A DNA stretch of 64,000 nucleotides from positions 8,219,367 to 8,283,366 of the forward strand of contig MU054220.1 of NCBI GenBank assembly GCA_013239625.1, in the 5' to 3' direction. The stretch comes from Lama guanicoe (Eukaryota). Position 1 is the stretch's first letter, and every line of letters starts with the position of its first letter. The notes under the pieces were generated by a model, which saw nothing but the letters and a program-made list of their open reading frames with translations, searched no databases and was not told the DNA's origin. Shown here in pieces: positions 1 to 13,180 of this stretch. Made by a program: the position numbers and the translations under genes.

Positions 1-399
1 ATTAGAAAGAATAATTGGGAACTATCTAATGAACAAAGAAGATGGAGTCCCAGGAAATAGTCATTTCAGGTGATTGCATTTATGCTCTTCTAGTGCCAGA
101 AAATTCCATTTTATTCCCCAGATAACCAACTTCTCTTTGGTAGAATAGAATATAAAAGTATGAGATAAACAAAGAAAAGGCTTGGAGTTTTCATTTGGTA
201 AAAAAGAATTGTTTACTCTAATAAATGAGTGAGGGAGAGATCAGTGAATACTTCTCTTTAAAGACGCTAGGGCCATAAAACAAAACAGAAATGGAATGCT
301 GCACGTGAAACAGTCCTCGATGATCCCATGTATCAGTGCTCACTGTGCTAAAGATAAATCAAGAATATTCACAATGTTGGCCATTCTATTTTATAAGCA

Positions 400-535
400 G
401 CTCTGTTTTATCTTGCAAATGCACTGTCTCATTTAATCATCAAAATACCCTGTTATTATAATATTAGATAATATTAATATCATTTCAATTTCTAGATTAG
501 CAAACTGAGTCCCAAGGAATATATGTAACTCTAAC
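400..535 (-). mobile_element. MIR SINE fragment (degraded)
   Basis: Reverse MIR core-like text: tctcatttaatcatcaaaataccctg ... tttctagattagcaaactgagtccc. Confidence 0.55.
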
Positions 536-747
536 TATAGTGTTTATAAAGGCAAAGAATATGTTTTCCATCTCCATCAATCGTTCCCAGGACATGGCAT
601 GTATTTGTAGCCCCTAAACAGCACCTAGAAGATACTTATTATATAGGTACATATAAGAACACACTTTCCTAGATGATAGTGTTAGATTCAGTTATGTGCC
701 TTTGATTTCCCAGTCTGCATTTCTAATGGAAAGAAAGCTAGTGATTT

Positions 748-1720
748 TCTTTTTCTTTTACTTTTTACTTATATTGAAGTATAGTCAGTTTATAATATAT
801 CAGTTTTCAGTGTACAGCATAATGTTTCAGTCATATTTATGCATACATATATTTGTGTTTATATTCTTGTTTGTTGTATGTTACTACAAGATATTGAATA
901 TAGTTCCCTGTGCTATACAGAAGAAATTTATTATTTATCTATTTTATAGAAACTAATTAATATTTGCAAATCTGGAACTCCCAATATATCCCTTCCTCCC
1001 AGTTAACCATAAGATTACTATGTCTATGAGTCTGTTTCTGTTTTGTAGATAAGTTCATTAGTGTCTTCATTTTTACTTATTTTTTTAGATTCCACATATG
1101 GGTGATACCAGGTGATATTTTTCTTTCTCTTTCTGGCTTACTTTACTTAGAATGACAATCTGCAGATCCATCTATGTTGCTGCAAATGGCATTATTTTAT
1201 TTTTTATGGCTGAGTAATATTCCATTGTATAAATATACCACATTGACTTTATCCAGTCATCTTTTGGTGGACATTTAGGTTGTTTCTATGTCTTAGGTAT
1301 TGTATATAGTGCTGCTAAGAACATTGGGGTGCATGTACCTTTTCGAATTAGAGTCCCCTCTGGATATATGCCCAGGAGTGGGATTGCTGGATTATGGTAA
1401 GTCCATTTTAGTTTTTTGAGAAATCTCCATACTGTTTTCTATAATGGCTACACCAAACTACATTCCCACCAACAGTGTGGAAGGGTTCCCTTTTCTCCAC
1501 AACCTCTCCAGCATTTATCATTTGAGGACTTTTTAATGAGGGCCATTCTGACTGACGTGAGGTGATACCTCATTTTAGTTTGGATTTGCATTTCTCTGAT
1601 AATTAGCAATATTGAACATTCTTTTCATGTGCCTGTTGGCCATTTGTACGTCTTCATTAGAGAATTGCTTGTTTAGGTCTTCTGCCCATTTTTGGATTGG
1701 GTTGATTGTCTTGGTTTGTG
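748..1720 (-). mobile_element. LINE-1 3' end (ORF2 C-terminus plus 3'UTR), 5'-truncated, cetartiodactyl/camelid-type
   Basis: T-rich tail at ~748-770, then ttgaagtatagtcagttt...gatattgaatatagttccctgtgctatacag and classic reverse L1 text (cccaggagtgggattgctgg; cattcccaccaacagtgt; gcatttctctgataattag). Confidence 0.93.
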
Positions 1721-1877
1721 AAAACAACTCTGTTTAGAAACTGATAAAAGTAATACAGACAGCCTCCAGGAGGGACAGTTTTTCTCCCAAGGATTTGAGG
1801 CAGGCCACTGAGCGTCAGGCTCCTGTCTGCATGCTTCCCAGTTAGAGGAACATATTCATCTAATAGCTTTTGGCTTT

Positions 1878-2005
1878 TATTTCATTCAGTCATTCAGTCA
1901 TTCATCAAATACTTATTGAGGGCTTGTATGTGCCAGACACTCTTGTTGGCACTAGAGATGCAGTGGATAAAAGAGTCCCTGTTCTCGAATGACTCACATT
2001 CTGTC
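1878..2005 (-). mobile_element. L2 LINE 3' end fragment
   Basis: ttcattcagtcattcatcaaatacttattgag...tgtgccagacact matches the reverse L2 tail. Confidence 0.75.
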
Positions 2006-2269
2006 CTCTGTGTCCTCTGATCTCTTAGAGATGTCATCCAGTATAAATTCACGAACGTTGATTATCAGAACTTCATTTTCCTCCTTTGTAAACTGCAAAG
2101 GATAATACCTTCTCACAAGGTTGCTATGCAGATAATATACAAAATGTGTTAAGAAGCTATCAAAATTGAAGCAACAATGGCAATTGAATTTTAAAGTTTA
2201 CAGATGGCTGTCTACGACATTGTCTTGTTAAATTTTCTACTAATAAGATTATGGTAATATCACGATTGT

Positions 2270-2490
2270 GAGGCAGTATGGTCAGACAAACCACAGTTGG
2301 AGTGGTAGCTGACATTATCAGCTATTTGACCTTGAGAAGTGTATTAACCTTATTGACATAAGTTTCTTCATGTACTGGGGGAAAATTACATTCTGCTTTG
2401 CAAGGTTGTTATGAGGATTATTGGTAATCTATGCAAATTGCATACTCACTGAACAGTAACTATTGTAAGTGCTCAAAAATGATAAGTATG
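2270..2490 (+). mobile_element. MIR SINE
   Basis: gctatttgaccttgagaagtgtattaacctt...agtttcttcatgt...aggttgttatgaggatta...taagtgctcaaaaatg. Confidence 0.7.
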
Positions 2491-2504
2491 AGAAGTTACA
2501 ATTA

Positions 2505-2865
2505 CATTGAGCAACCAGAATTCTCATACCTACTAGTCAGAATATAATTTAGTACAACTATTTTGGAAAAGTGTTTGGCAGAATCCCTTAAAGATGAATA
2601 TATGCACTTTTCATGGCATAGAAATTCTACTGTACACACATGTTCACCAGAAGGCACCTCCCAGGGTGATTTTATTAGCACTACTCATAACAGCCCACAC
2701 CTGGAAACTGCCTTAGTGAACATCATTGGTTGAATAGCTAGTCACACAATGGAACAGAATCCTTATTGGGGTCCTATTTTACAGAAGTATGTTCAGCTTT
2801 ATGAAAATTTAGAGTTGTCCACTAGTGTACTTTCCTGCATGTATATTTACTTTAATAAAAAAGTC
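2505..2865 (+). mobile_element. Old L1 (L1M/L1ME-like) 3' fragment
   Basis: gagcaaccagaattctcatac...tagtacaactattttggaaaagtgtttggcag...tagcactactcataacagccc. Confidence 0.7.
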
Positions 2866-3433
2866 AAAACAGTAAGTATATTTATAAATGTAAGTTCTTA
2901 TTTTTAATGTTAAGAATATAAAACATTCACACAAAGTATAAAGTGTTTTAGAAAAATTTTAATTGATTTATTTTTACTCTAGATAAAATTCTAGTGTAAA
3001 CATCTAGCTCCAGGAGAGACTCATTTCTCACACACTCGAAGTCTCCTTCAGTTTATTTTTCAGGCAAATTTGTAACAAGTGCCTTCTAAATCTAAAAGAC
3101 TGTGTCACAAAGTCTTTTGAGACAAGGGTGCCATTGCTTGACATGACATGAATGCCAAGTACCCTTAATACAACTGAGCTTTTTAAAAAGTACATGGGAG
3201 AAACTGTCACAAGCATCACAATAGCTGGGTATTTTTTTAAAAAAAATTCCGTCTCTTGCCAATCTTGCAGAAGAGCAAATAAATAAAAACCATTTATCAC
3301 ATACTGCACTTGCTATGTTTATGACCAGTGGTATTTCTAGTTCTTATCGTAGAAAAATGTACAGAACAGCAGCAGGTAATATTCTGTTTTAAGGTACTCA
3401 GTGTTATCACCCCCAATTTCAGCCCGACTCAAA

Positions 3434-3808
3434 TGTTATGGACTGAATATTTATACCCTCTTAAATTTTTATGTTGAAGTCCTAACACTTCTGTGTGACT
3501 CAATTTGGAGATGGGGGCCTCTAAGGAAATGATTAAGGTTAAACGAGAGAGTAAGAGTGGAGCCCCGATCCAACAAGATTGGGTCCTTTAAGAAAAGACA
3601 TCACAGTGCTTGCTTACTTTCTCTCTACCATGAGGACAAAGCTACCAGGTGGCCATCTATAAGCAAGGAAGAGAAATCTCACTAGAAACACAGTGGCTAG
3701 CACCTTGATCCTGGACTTCCCAGGCTGCAGAACTATGAGAAATACATTTCTGTTATTTAAGCCAGCCAGTCTGGTATTTTATTATGGCAGCCCAAGCTGA
3801 CTAGAACA
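3434..3808 (+). mobile_element. MaLR solo LTR (MLT1A-like)
   Basis: Starts tgttatggactgaat and ends atggcagcccaagctgactagaaca. Contains caccttgatcctggacttcc...cagaactatgagaaatacatttctgttatttaagcc. Confidence 0.88.
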
Positions 3809-3844
3809 GCACATAGATGAAAGTTTTGATAGTCAGGTGCAAAT

Positions 3845-3912
3845 GAAAGAAAGAAAGAGGAAGGAAGGGAGGGAGGGAGAGATGGAGAGAGGGAGGAAGG
3901 AAAGATAGAAGG
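3845..3912. repeat. GA-rich polypurine simple repeat
   Basis: gaaagaaagaaagaggaaggaagggagggagggagaga... read directly. Confidence 0.85.
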
Positions 3913-4329
3913 TCACTGAGAGTCTCTAAAATAGGTCATATTAAATGCTAGCCAAAATATTTTCAAAGATTTCAGCTATAAAAACAAGATAATAATAATG
4001 CTACAGTACTTAATTCAGAGGAATATTCTAATGATTAAATATTATAAGAAAAAATATTCCACATTTTAAAGTGTTGTTCCTACCACATGTCAGATACTGT
4101 GGAATAAAGACAGGAATGAGGAATGGTCACTAATCTAACTTCCAGTCTAAAGCAAGAGACTGAAACATATAAATACAACGTCTACATTTCTACGTGCCTG
4201 GAAATGAAACTTAAGTTACTATTAGAGACATAGTGGAACATAATATGTGGGACTTCCCCACCCAAGTCTGAAGGTAACTGTAAATCAATGGTTAACTAAA
4301 AGGAGGTCAGAACATAGCAGGGTGTTAGG

Positions 4330-4500
4330 TGTTTCCCATATGCTGGGTAACTTCCTCACACAAAAATCTATGATATAGGTATTTCCCCTTTCCTTTGGTG
4401 AGAGAACTCAGGCTTAGATAGCTTACGCATTTCCCTCATGTCACACGGTTGGCATTCAAACCCAAGTTGATCTGCTTCTAACTCCTATGCTCTTAACCCA
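4330..4500 (-). mobile_element. MIR SINE
   Basis: ggtgagagaactcaggcttag...gtcacacggttggcattcaaacccaagttgatctg...tgctcttaacc. Confidence 0.65.
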
Positions 4501-4757
4501 GCCAAAAGGAATGTAGGGACTGCAGCAGGAGAAAAGAAGGAATATGACAGGAGGATAATTCAGATAAATCAAATCAATGCTTTAAAGTCAGCAATTTCAT
4601 GCAAAATAATATTTTTAAGACTCTGAAGAATACAAGAGAAACTCCTAGGTCTATTTTGAGAGGCTCAAGAATTTTAAGTATGGAGGTAAAATACATTGAT
4701 AATTTTTATGTGCCGAATGAGTCACCGTTTATCTAACATAAGGTGAGGGAAGGTAAG

Positions 4758-4870
4758 TGTGTTAGTTTGCTGGCGCTGCCAAGACAAAGTATCACCGACA
4801 CAGTGTCTGAAATGACAGAAATGCGTTTTCTCACAATGCTGGAGGCTAAAAGTCCCAGGTCAAGGTGCTT
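4758..4870 (-). mobile_element. MLT1 LTR 3' fragment
   Basis: tgtgttagtttgctggcgctgcc...acagaaatgcgttttctcacaatgctggaggctaaaagtcccaggtcaaggtg. Confidence 0.8.
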
Positions 4871-5467
4871 TTAAATTCAGAAATTTAAATTAATCGTGTG
4901 ACATATGGTTTATAAAGCTACATTGTCCATTATTCCTTTGATAACACAGTGAAACCAAAAAGAGAACCAATATAATACTATTCTTATGCAAGAATGCTTA
5001 AATTCAAAGAGCCCACTACTTGAACTCAGCAAAAATTAATAATGCTGCTTAGACAAAATCTCATCTTAATGTTCCCTTTAAAAGTATAATCCACTTGATC
5101 AAAAACTGTCATGAACTTTATATAGTTTTTGTGACTTGTTCACCATCAAGTATGAACTTTTATCCCAGAAGTGAGTGACTACCAACAAAGGAAAAAAGCT
5201 GTTTTCTTTCAGAGTGTTATGGGGTTGGTACTGACCTTCTGGGGTGTGAGAAAACAAATGCATAAGGACGAAAATGTCAGTATTCTGATCAATGTTTTAA
5301 GCTGAAACTGACACAGGAACTTTCAATCTATAGTGATATGATTTCTGGCTTCAATTAACCAGGGCAAATTAACTAAAATCCCACAGTTAGACATTTTTGC
5401 ATTCTATTTTTGGAGAGACAGAGGTCACAGAAAGAAAACAAAATACCATCAATTCAATTAACTTCTT

Positions 5468-6007
5468 TTTTTTTCATTTGTGTGTGTGTGTGTATATATA
5501 TATATATTTTTTAAAGTATACTCAGTTTGCAATGTTGTGTCAGCTTCTAGTGTACAGCATATGCTTCAATCATACATGAACATACATATATATATTCATT
5601 TTCATATTCTTTTTCACCGTTAAGTTACTACAAGATATTGAATATAGTTCCTTGTGCTATACAGTATGAACTTATTTATCTATTTTATGTTTATTAGTTA
5701 GTATCTGCAAACCTCGAACTCCAAATTTATCCCTTCCCACCTCCTTCCCCTCTGGTAACCACAAGTTTGTTTTCTATATCTGTGAGTCTGTTTCTGTTTT
5801 GTAAATAAGTTCTTTTGTCTTTTTTTTTTTTTTTGGATTCCACATATAAGCAACATCATATGGCATTTTTCTTTGTCTTTCTGGTTTACTTCCCTTAGAA
5901 TGACAATCTCCTAGTCCATCCATGTTGCAGCAAATGGCATTTTATTATTTTTTATAGCTGAGTAGTATTCCATTGTATAAATACATCACAACTTCTTTAT
6001 CTAGTTG
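5468..6007 (-). mobile_element. Young LINE-1 3'UTR insertion with 11-bp target-site duplication
   Basis: Same family as 748-1720. Flanked by the exact repeat attaacttctt (5457-5467 and 6008-6018). Confidence 0.93.
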
Positions 6008-6569
6008 ATTAACTTCTTAAGGACCAGACATGCATCTCAAATACCTAGAGCATGAACTTTGTCCTGGGTGGTGTCACTGAGATTGTGAAACATTTGAAAT
6101 CTGAAAAAAAAAACAAAAAAAACAAAAAAAAACGCTGGGTAGCTTTTTAGTGAAGGACTAGTCATATTACAGACTATCCTTCCAGGGCTTCTGATATGCT
6201 AGGGCCTGAACGTTTTATTTGTCATTGAGCTATTTTACAACTTTGTAAGTTGTAGAAATTTATAATAATGCCAAGTGTCCATATAAATGCAAAAAGCTGC
6301 ATCTGATGGAATACGATGGGTCATTGTCCTGTGGATATTGGCTAATTTTGCATTCTTTTAAAATACATTTCACATTCCATATTGCCTATATATGTGTGGT
6401 TCTTTAAATTCTCCTTTAAACCAATGTAGCCTCTTACTAAATCTCATTTTGCTTAAAGGAATATGGCAGATCATTAATATATGTCCATTTTATATTTATA
6501 TGAGAATCATAGTTTTATGGTTTTTTAACAAATTTTCCTCTAACACTTTGAATTCCTCTTTAGCCGCTG

Positions 6570-6745
6570 ACTGCGCACAGTCTCATATAAGGCCACAGTG
6601 TAATTACCTAAGCTTTAAGGCCAGGTTCCTACCCATGAAGTGGGTATAAAAATGCCACCCTCACAGGTTTGATAAGAGCTTTAAACGAGGTGTGTGCAAT
6701 GCTTAGCATAGTGCCTGTCCCCTACCTGTCACTCAAGAGTCAGTT
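6570..6745 (+). mobile_element. MIR SINE
   Basis: aggttcctacccatgaagtgggtataaaaatgccaccctcacagg...tgcttagcatagtgcctg. Confidence 0.65.
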
Positions 6746-7534
6746 TCCTTTATTTCCTTATATATCAAACAACTAGCTTTAGTTGTTTTAGATGTATAAG
6801 GTGTTCAATATATTTTTATATTTTTATTGCTAAAGAAGAGCAGTAGGGAAAATTCGAGATTTTTAAAGTAGATAAAAGAAACAAAGATACAAGGTGAAAA
6901 ATGTGGAATAAGTGGTTTATGGAGATTTCACATAATCTACTAGACATTTTAGAGGCCAAAGCCACCAACGATTCAAGCCTTTTCTATTTCCCTCCTCAGC
7001 CTCAGTTCACAAACACAGGCACATAGCTCTTTCTTATCCAAAATAAAAATGGCCTGGAAGGTATGATTCATATTCAGTTTTTTTTGTGTACAGTGAGATA
7101 ATACTACAGAAAATATTTCTGAACAGAAATGATCGTTTTCATTTTTTTTAAGTTTTTACTAAGGTCATGACTACATACATGAATATAACATAGTAACATA
7201 AACCAGAAGATATTATGCATAAATACTGTAGAGCTGGAAGCCTGGCGCACACAAAAACACTTTTAGAACAAACATGCAAAAAATATGCCCCGTTAGGTTG
7301 ATAGTAAAGTGTCTAACATTTCAAAAAATCATGAATGGGAGAGGTGGGAAAACTAGCTGTTCAGCATGGAATATAACCAATAGGACAGTTCTGTTCCTCT
7401 ACAACCTCACCTAAGGAGTTAGGTCCAGGCTGTAAACTATCAATTCAAATTTAACCTGATTCTTTATCTACTTATTAATACCAAGTGCTAATATTATCTA
7501 TGTATTTATCTGGAAAATCAGTGCTATCAAAAAT

Positions 7535-8742
7535 ATATATCAACCAAAGCAAAAATAAGTGGGAATACATCAAATTACAATGCTTCTGTACCGCAAAAGA
7601 AATCGTCAACAACATGTAAAGCAACCTATGGAATGGGAGAAAATTTTTGCCAATCATGTATCTGATGAGGGCTTAATACCTAAAATATATAAACAACTCC
7701 TACAACTCAATAGCAAAAAACAAAAAACAAAAACAAAAACAAACAGTTCAATTAAAAAATAGGCAGTGAATCTGAAAAAGAAAACATTTTTTTCCAAAGA
7801 AGACATACAGATGTCATTTACATAACAACATACATGAAAAGATACTTAACATTACTAATAATCAGGGAAATACAAATCAAAACTACGCTGAAATATCAAT
7901 GTATCTGTTAGAAATGGCTATCATCAAAAATACAAGAAAGAACAAGTTTTGGCAAGGATGTGGAGAAAAGAGACTCCTTGTGCATTCTTGGTGGAATGTA
8001 ACTTGATGTGGCCGCTATGGAAAACATTCTGGAGGTTCTTCAAAAAATTAAAAATAGAACAATCATATGATCCAGCAATTCTGCTTCTGGGTGTTTATCA
8101 AAATAAAATGAAAACACTAACTCAAAAAGATGTATACATCCCCATGTTCATTGCTGTGTTATTTACAATAGCCAAGGTATGGAAACGACCTAAATGTCCA
8201 TCAGTGGATGAGTGGATAAATACACATGCAATAGAATATTATTCAGCCATAAGAAGAAGGACATCTTGCTGTTTACAACAACATGGATGGACCTTAAGAG
8301 TGTTACACTAGGTGAGATAAGTATACAGAGAAATACAAATACTGAATGATCTCACGTTTATGTGAAATGTAAAACAAAAAAAATCTGGTAGATACAGAGA
8401 ACAGATTGATGGTTGCCTGAGATGGGGTGATAGGGAGTGGGTAAAACGGTGAAGGAGGTCAAAAGGTACAAACTTCCAGTTATAAAATAAATAAGTACAG
8501 GAGATGTATGTAGCATGGTGACTATAAGTAATAATATTGTATTATGTATTTGAAAGTTGCTAAGAGAGTAGATCTTAAAAATTCTGATCACTAGGAAAAA
8601 AATTTGTAACTGTGTGTGCTGATGAATGTTAACCAAAGCTGTTGGTGGTGATCATTTTTTGATGTATACATATATCAAACGGTTACATTGTACACCTGAA
8701 ACTAATATAATGTCATATATTAATTATATCTCAAAATAAAAT
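7535..8742 (+). mobile_element. LINE-1 (L1MA-like) ORF2 C-terminus plus 3'UTR
   Basis: ORFs 7559-7762 (QPMEWEKIFANHVSDEGLIPKIYKQL) and 7949-8311 (LWKTFWRFFKKLKIEQSYDPAILLLGVY...KCPSVDEWI) are L1 ORF2p remnants. The 3'UTR ends tgtacacctgaaactaatataatg...tctcaaaataaa. Confidence 0.95.
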
Positions 8743-9671
8743 TAATGAATTTTAAAAATACAGTGAATATTTGTTGCAATCACATCTGGTCTAGGCATAT
8801 GCCAGTACATACATACATTCTTCATCTCAAGATGCTGTCAATCTTCTTGGCAAGGCAAAGATACAAACAAATAATTGTTGCATATTTAATGCAAACAACA
8901 GAGATACGTAAGGTATGAAGAAAACAGAGAAGATGAATGGTTGATTTTCTAAAGGACAGGAAAAGCTTTGGGAAGAAGTGATCCAGAATTGGAGAGCTGG
9001 AAAATACAGACATTTCTCTTTCCAGATCTTTTCCTTTCCCTTATCCAAAAAGCAAGTATAGTGTTCCTCTGGTTCCTTGTTAGAAAAACAGTCTTAATTT
9101 AGCAGCCTCTCTTCTCAAATCTCTTGGGAAAAACTTTTTGTGGGATCAGCAAATGCCAAGGTCAGAATGTTGCAAAACATATTTGAAAGCAGCCCCCACT
9201 CAGAAAAAAAAGTTACTAGTAATGACTTTTAAAGATCTTTTTCTCAATACAATTTTCATTTCTAGGAGCTTAGCAAACAGAAGCAGCAGCAGATAGCTGA
9301 ATTGAACTGTTAAGTGTTAATTTATGACTTTTACCCTTGTCTCTGGCATGTAAAAAAGTACTGATGTATGAATTTGGTTGCAGGTAAAAGGAGACTTTTA
9401 ATAAACGGAAAGCTGTAAAGACCAATAGGGAGCTTAGTTTATTTTACATCTAAGTCAGACACTTTAAATATTCTTTTCTCTATATAAAAATCATTTTCCA
9501 TAATAATCATGAAGTGCAATGAATAATAATCACCACAAAAGAAACTGAGAAAGTGAAGAGGACTTCATATATATAATTGTGCCTCTAAAAAAAAGAAAAA
9601 AGAGAGAGAAATTCAATAAATTTTACAGTACAAAAGAGCCAAAGCATCATTCTTTAATATTTGATTTTTTA

Positions 9672-11131
9672 ATTAATAAACTTTATTTTTAGATCAGTTT
9701 TTGTTTCACAGCAAAATTGAGTGAAAAGTACAGCAAGTTCTCATATACCCCCTATTCCCACACGAGTATTACCACCACTGCTATCTGCCTCCCACACCAC
9801 GGGGATGCATCTGCTACACTCCATGAACCTACATTAACACATCATCATCCAAATTCCATAGTTCACATTAGCGTTTATTCCTGGTGTACTGTATTCTATG
9901 AGTTTTGACAAGTGTGTGACATGTATCCACCATTCTAGTGTCACACAGAGTAATTGCACTGCTCTAAAAAATTTCTGTGCAACCACAGATCTTTTTGACT
10001 GTCTCCATAGTTTTGCCTTTCCTAGAATGTCATTTAGTTAAAAATCATACAGTACACAGTTTTTTCAGATTGGCTTCTTTCACTTAGTAATATGCATTTA
10101 CGTTTTCTTTCACAGCTTGATAGCTCATTTCTTTTTACCTCCAAATAATATTCACTGTACAAATCTAGAAAGGTTTATTTATCAATTCACCTACTGAAGG
10201 ATATCTTTGTTGCTTTCAGGCATTGGGAATTAAGGCTAATGCAATTGTAAACATTGCTGGACAGGTTTTTGTGTGGATGTATGTCTTCAGCTCCTTTGGG
10301 TGAATACCAAAGAGTATGACTGCTGGATCATAGAGTAATATGGATATATAGTAATATATAGTTTTGTAAGAAACTGCCAAACTGTCTTCCAAAGTGACTG
10401 TACCTAATTCCCACTAGCATGAATGAGAATTATTCCACATCCTAGCCAGAACTTGGTGTTGTTAGTATTTTGAATTTTGGCCTTTCTAATATGTGTAGAG
10501 TGGTATCTCACTGTAGTTTTAATTTGTGATTGTTAATGACATATGATGTTGAACATTGTTTCATGTGCTTATTTGCCTTCTGTGTACCTTCTGTGGTGAA
10601 GTGTCTGTTAAACTCTTTTGCCCATTTTGTATCTGGGTGGTTCATTTTCTTATTGCTGAGTTTGAAGAGAGGTTTGCACGTTTGAGATAACAGTCCTTTA
10701 TCGGATGTGTCTTTTGTAAATATTTTCTCCAAGTTTGTGTCTTATCTTCCCATTCTTTTGACGTTGTCTATTGCAGGGCAGAAAAATTTAACTTTAATGA
10801 AGTCCAGCTTGTCAATTATTTCTATCATGGGTTTGCCTTTGGTGTTTTATTTAAAAAGTCATTGCCATACCAAAGATAATGTAGGTTTTTCCCTGTTGAA
10901 ATTTTCTAGACATTCTATGTTTAGGTCTATGTTCAGGTCTATGTTCCATCTTGAGTTAGTTTTGGTGAAGTGTATAAGGTGTGTCTAGATTCATCTCTTT
11001 TTTTTTTTTGTCGCATGTGGATATTCAGTTGTTCTAGCACTATTTGTTTAAAGGACTATTTTCTCCATTGTATTCCCGTTGCTCCTTTGTCGAAGATCAG
11101 TTGGCTTTATTTATGTGGTTCTATTTCTGAC
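9672..11131 (-). mobile_element. LINE-1 (L1MC/L1MD-like) 3' region
   Basis: Reverse 3' end ttcacagcaaaattgagtgaaaagtacag...atgaacctacattaacacatcatc. ORF 10508-10732 (MEKIFTKDTSDKGLLS...KANKHMKQCSTS) is an ORF2p remnant. Confidence 0.92.
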
Positions 11132-11719
11132 TGATAGTTTTTCTTTTTACATCTACCTAAGTTTTTGAACTTTGATCTCTTGATTGCAGCCCTGTATAAT
11201 ACTTTATAAAATAATTATTTGTTAATAACTGGATTTTAATAAAATGAAAATAACTTCAGTAGATAAAATTTTGGACACCAGTAAATGTACCATTGGTGTA
11301 ACATTTAATTTTCTTAATTCATTCTTTAGTTTTAAAATAATCAAATCATTAAAAAGAACTTCCCCTTTATTTCAACTTTAAACAATTCCAAATCCAGTAA
11401 TCTTTGTCACTTATGAACTAAAATTCTAATTTGAAAACAATGTGGATAATGTGATAATAACCCATTTTGAAAAGCTAACTTCAAATTTGTGATTTCTTAC
11501 TCTGTAGTTAATCCAGCCTCTCTTTTCTCTCTTTAATTAATATCTTACCACTCCTTTAATGCTGCTTTCATATCATCTTCATTATAAACTTTAGTTTTTT
11601 ATCATCTAGAGTCGAAAATTGCATTTAGATTGACGTAAATTCTTCCTTGGAGGTCATAGTCTCTAGAATTTCATAGAATTACACTGCCGAGAGCATTATA
11701 AGTATTACAGGCTTGCTTT

Positions 11720-12162
11720 TATGGAAATGAATAAAGATTACCCAAATTAGAACAAGCAAATTCTATTTATTCAGTTTCCTTTAGCAAGAAAGTCAGCCAC
11801 CATCACTTGTGTTCGACAGACTCACAGGCAGATAGGGGAGTATGAAAATTTTATAGTAGAAAAAAGAGAAGGCTTACAATATGCTCTGTTCGGAAGTGGT
11901 TGCCATGGGGAAGCTGGAGGTGGGCTAACTAGAGGCAGAATGTCCTAGGTGATTGGTTAAAGAAGCATATTTGACTTTCTCTGATTGGTCCTTAGTTGAA
12001 AGAGGCAAAAATCAGGGAAGCTGGTAGTTGATTAAGTCCTCACAGTTGGGAGTCAATTGCAATACAAACTGTGGTTTGGTTTCCTTACCAGTTGTAGATT
12101 GTGGGTCATAGTTCTGTTTCTATATACAGTCTGGCCGTTGTCTGTTGTACATTAGTTTGTCA
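11720..12162 (-). mobile_element. ERV1-class solo LTR (MER90-like by recollection)
   Basis: The minus strand starts TGAC..., then shows two CCAAT boxes (11988, 11956), TATAAA (11855-11850) and AATAAA (11771-11766) in LTR order. Confidence 0.7.
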
Positions 12163-13036
12163 GTTGTCTTTGTCTTTTTCTACAGATGAAGAAACAGACT
12201 CCCAAAATTAATCTTAAGATTTATAGAGAGCCTTCATTCTGTTTTTGTTTCATTTACTCACTTGAAAATTTTAGCCAGTTCTCAAATTAAGTACACATTG
12301 AGGCTGAACAAAAAAGACAAAGGCTCTGCCATCATGAAACTCATTCTTTTTACACAAATAAATATATAATGTAATGTAAGGTAGCTTCATTTTTTCAACC
12401 ACACCACACTGTGCCATCATGTCTCAGATACATTCATTGTTTTCTGTAATTTTTTTTCTCAGATAAAAGAAGAATATGCTAATCATATTTTGTTGACAGG
12501 ACTCTAACTGTACAGTACTAAAGGCAGCTGTGTGTCTGTTCAGTTAGGGCCTCATATTTGCCATTGTTCTTCCTCAGAAGTGAATTAAACTCTATCATCA
12601 GCCGCTGAGGAAATGTGCTCACACAGGCACTTCTGTTGTTTACCTGCGTTGCCTCTTAAATGTATCAAACGGAAACACTCAGGAAAATGAATTAGGTGCC
12701 TTGCCAGATCTTTTGGCATATAAGACTTAACAAGATGCTAATATCTTGGCTGTAAACTAAGCAGAATAGAAATGTTTCTGGATAAGTTTCTCATCCTTGA
12801 GATTTTGATGTGCATCTTTGATGAAGCTCTCTTGTCTTTAGAGAATGCAGGCCAAAGTGGAGTCAACGATGTTTTTGTAGGGAAGGTATCTTTTATCCCT
12901 ACAAACCCGAGAAAATCCCAGCATGGGTTTACTTGAAAATGTTTTAAAGACAATATTAGAAAAAATTGAGAAAAAAGCCAGGGAAGTGTACTTGTCCACA
13001 CTGGGGAAGGGTGCTGATTTACTAGCTAGAGTAGAG

Positions 13037-13180
13037 CAGTGATTATGAAACTCTAGTGTGAGTCAAAATCAGCTGCAGATTCAGTAGGTCCAGAGTGGGA
13101 CTCTAAAGTGCATTTATAGTGCGTCAGTAGGTGATGCTGGTGATGCTGATGCTGCTGGTCTGAAAACCGTTAGAGTGGAG
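13037..13180. mobile_element. MER5A-like hAT-Charlie MITE
   Basis: cagtgattatgaaact...gattcagtaggtccagagtggg...ggtgatgctgatgctgctggtctg. Confidence 0.75.

Noticed and set aside
7949..8311. 120-aa ORF with protein-like composition
   Set aside because: Broken L1 ORF2p C-terminus, not a host gene
10914..10946. Near-triple 12-bp tandem repeat (tctatgttyagg)
   Set aside because: Slippage duplication inside an old L1; no spacer structure
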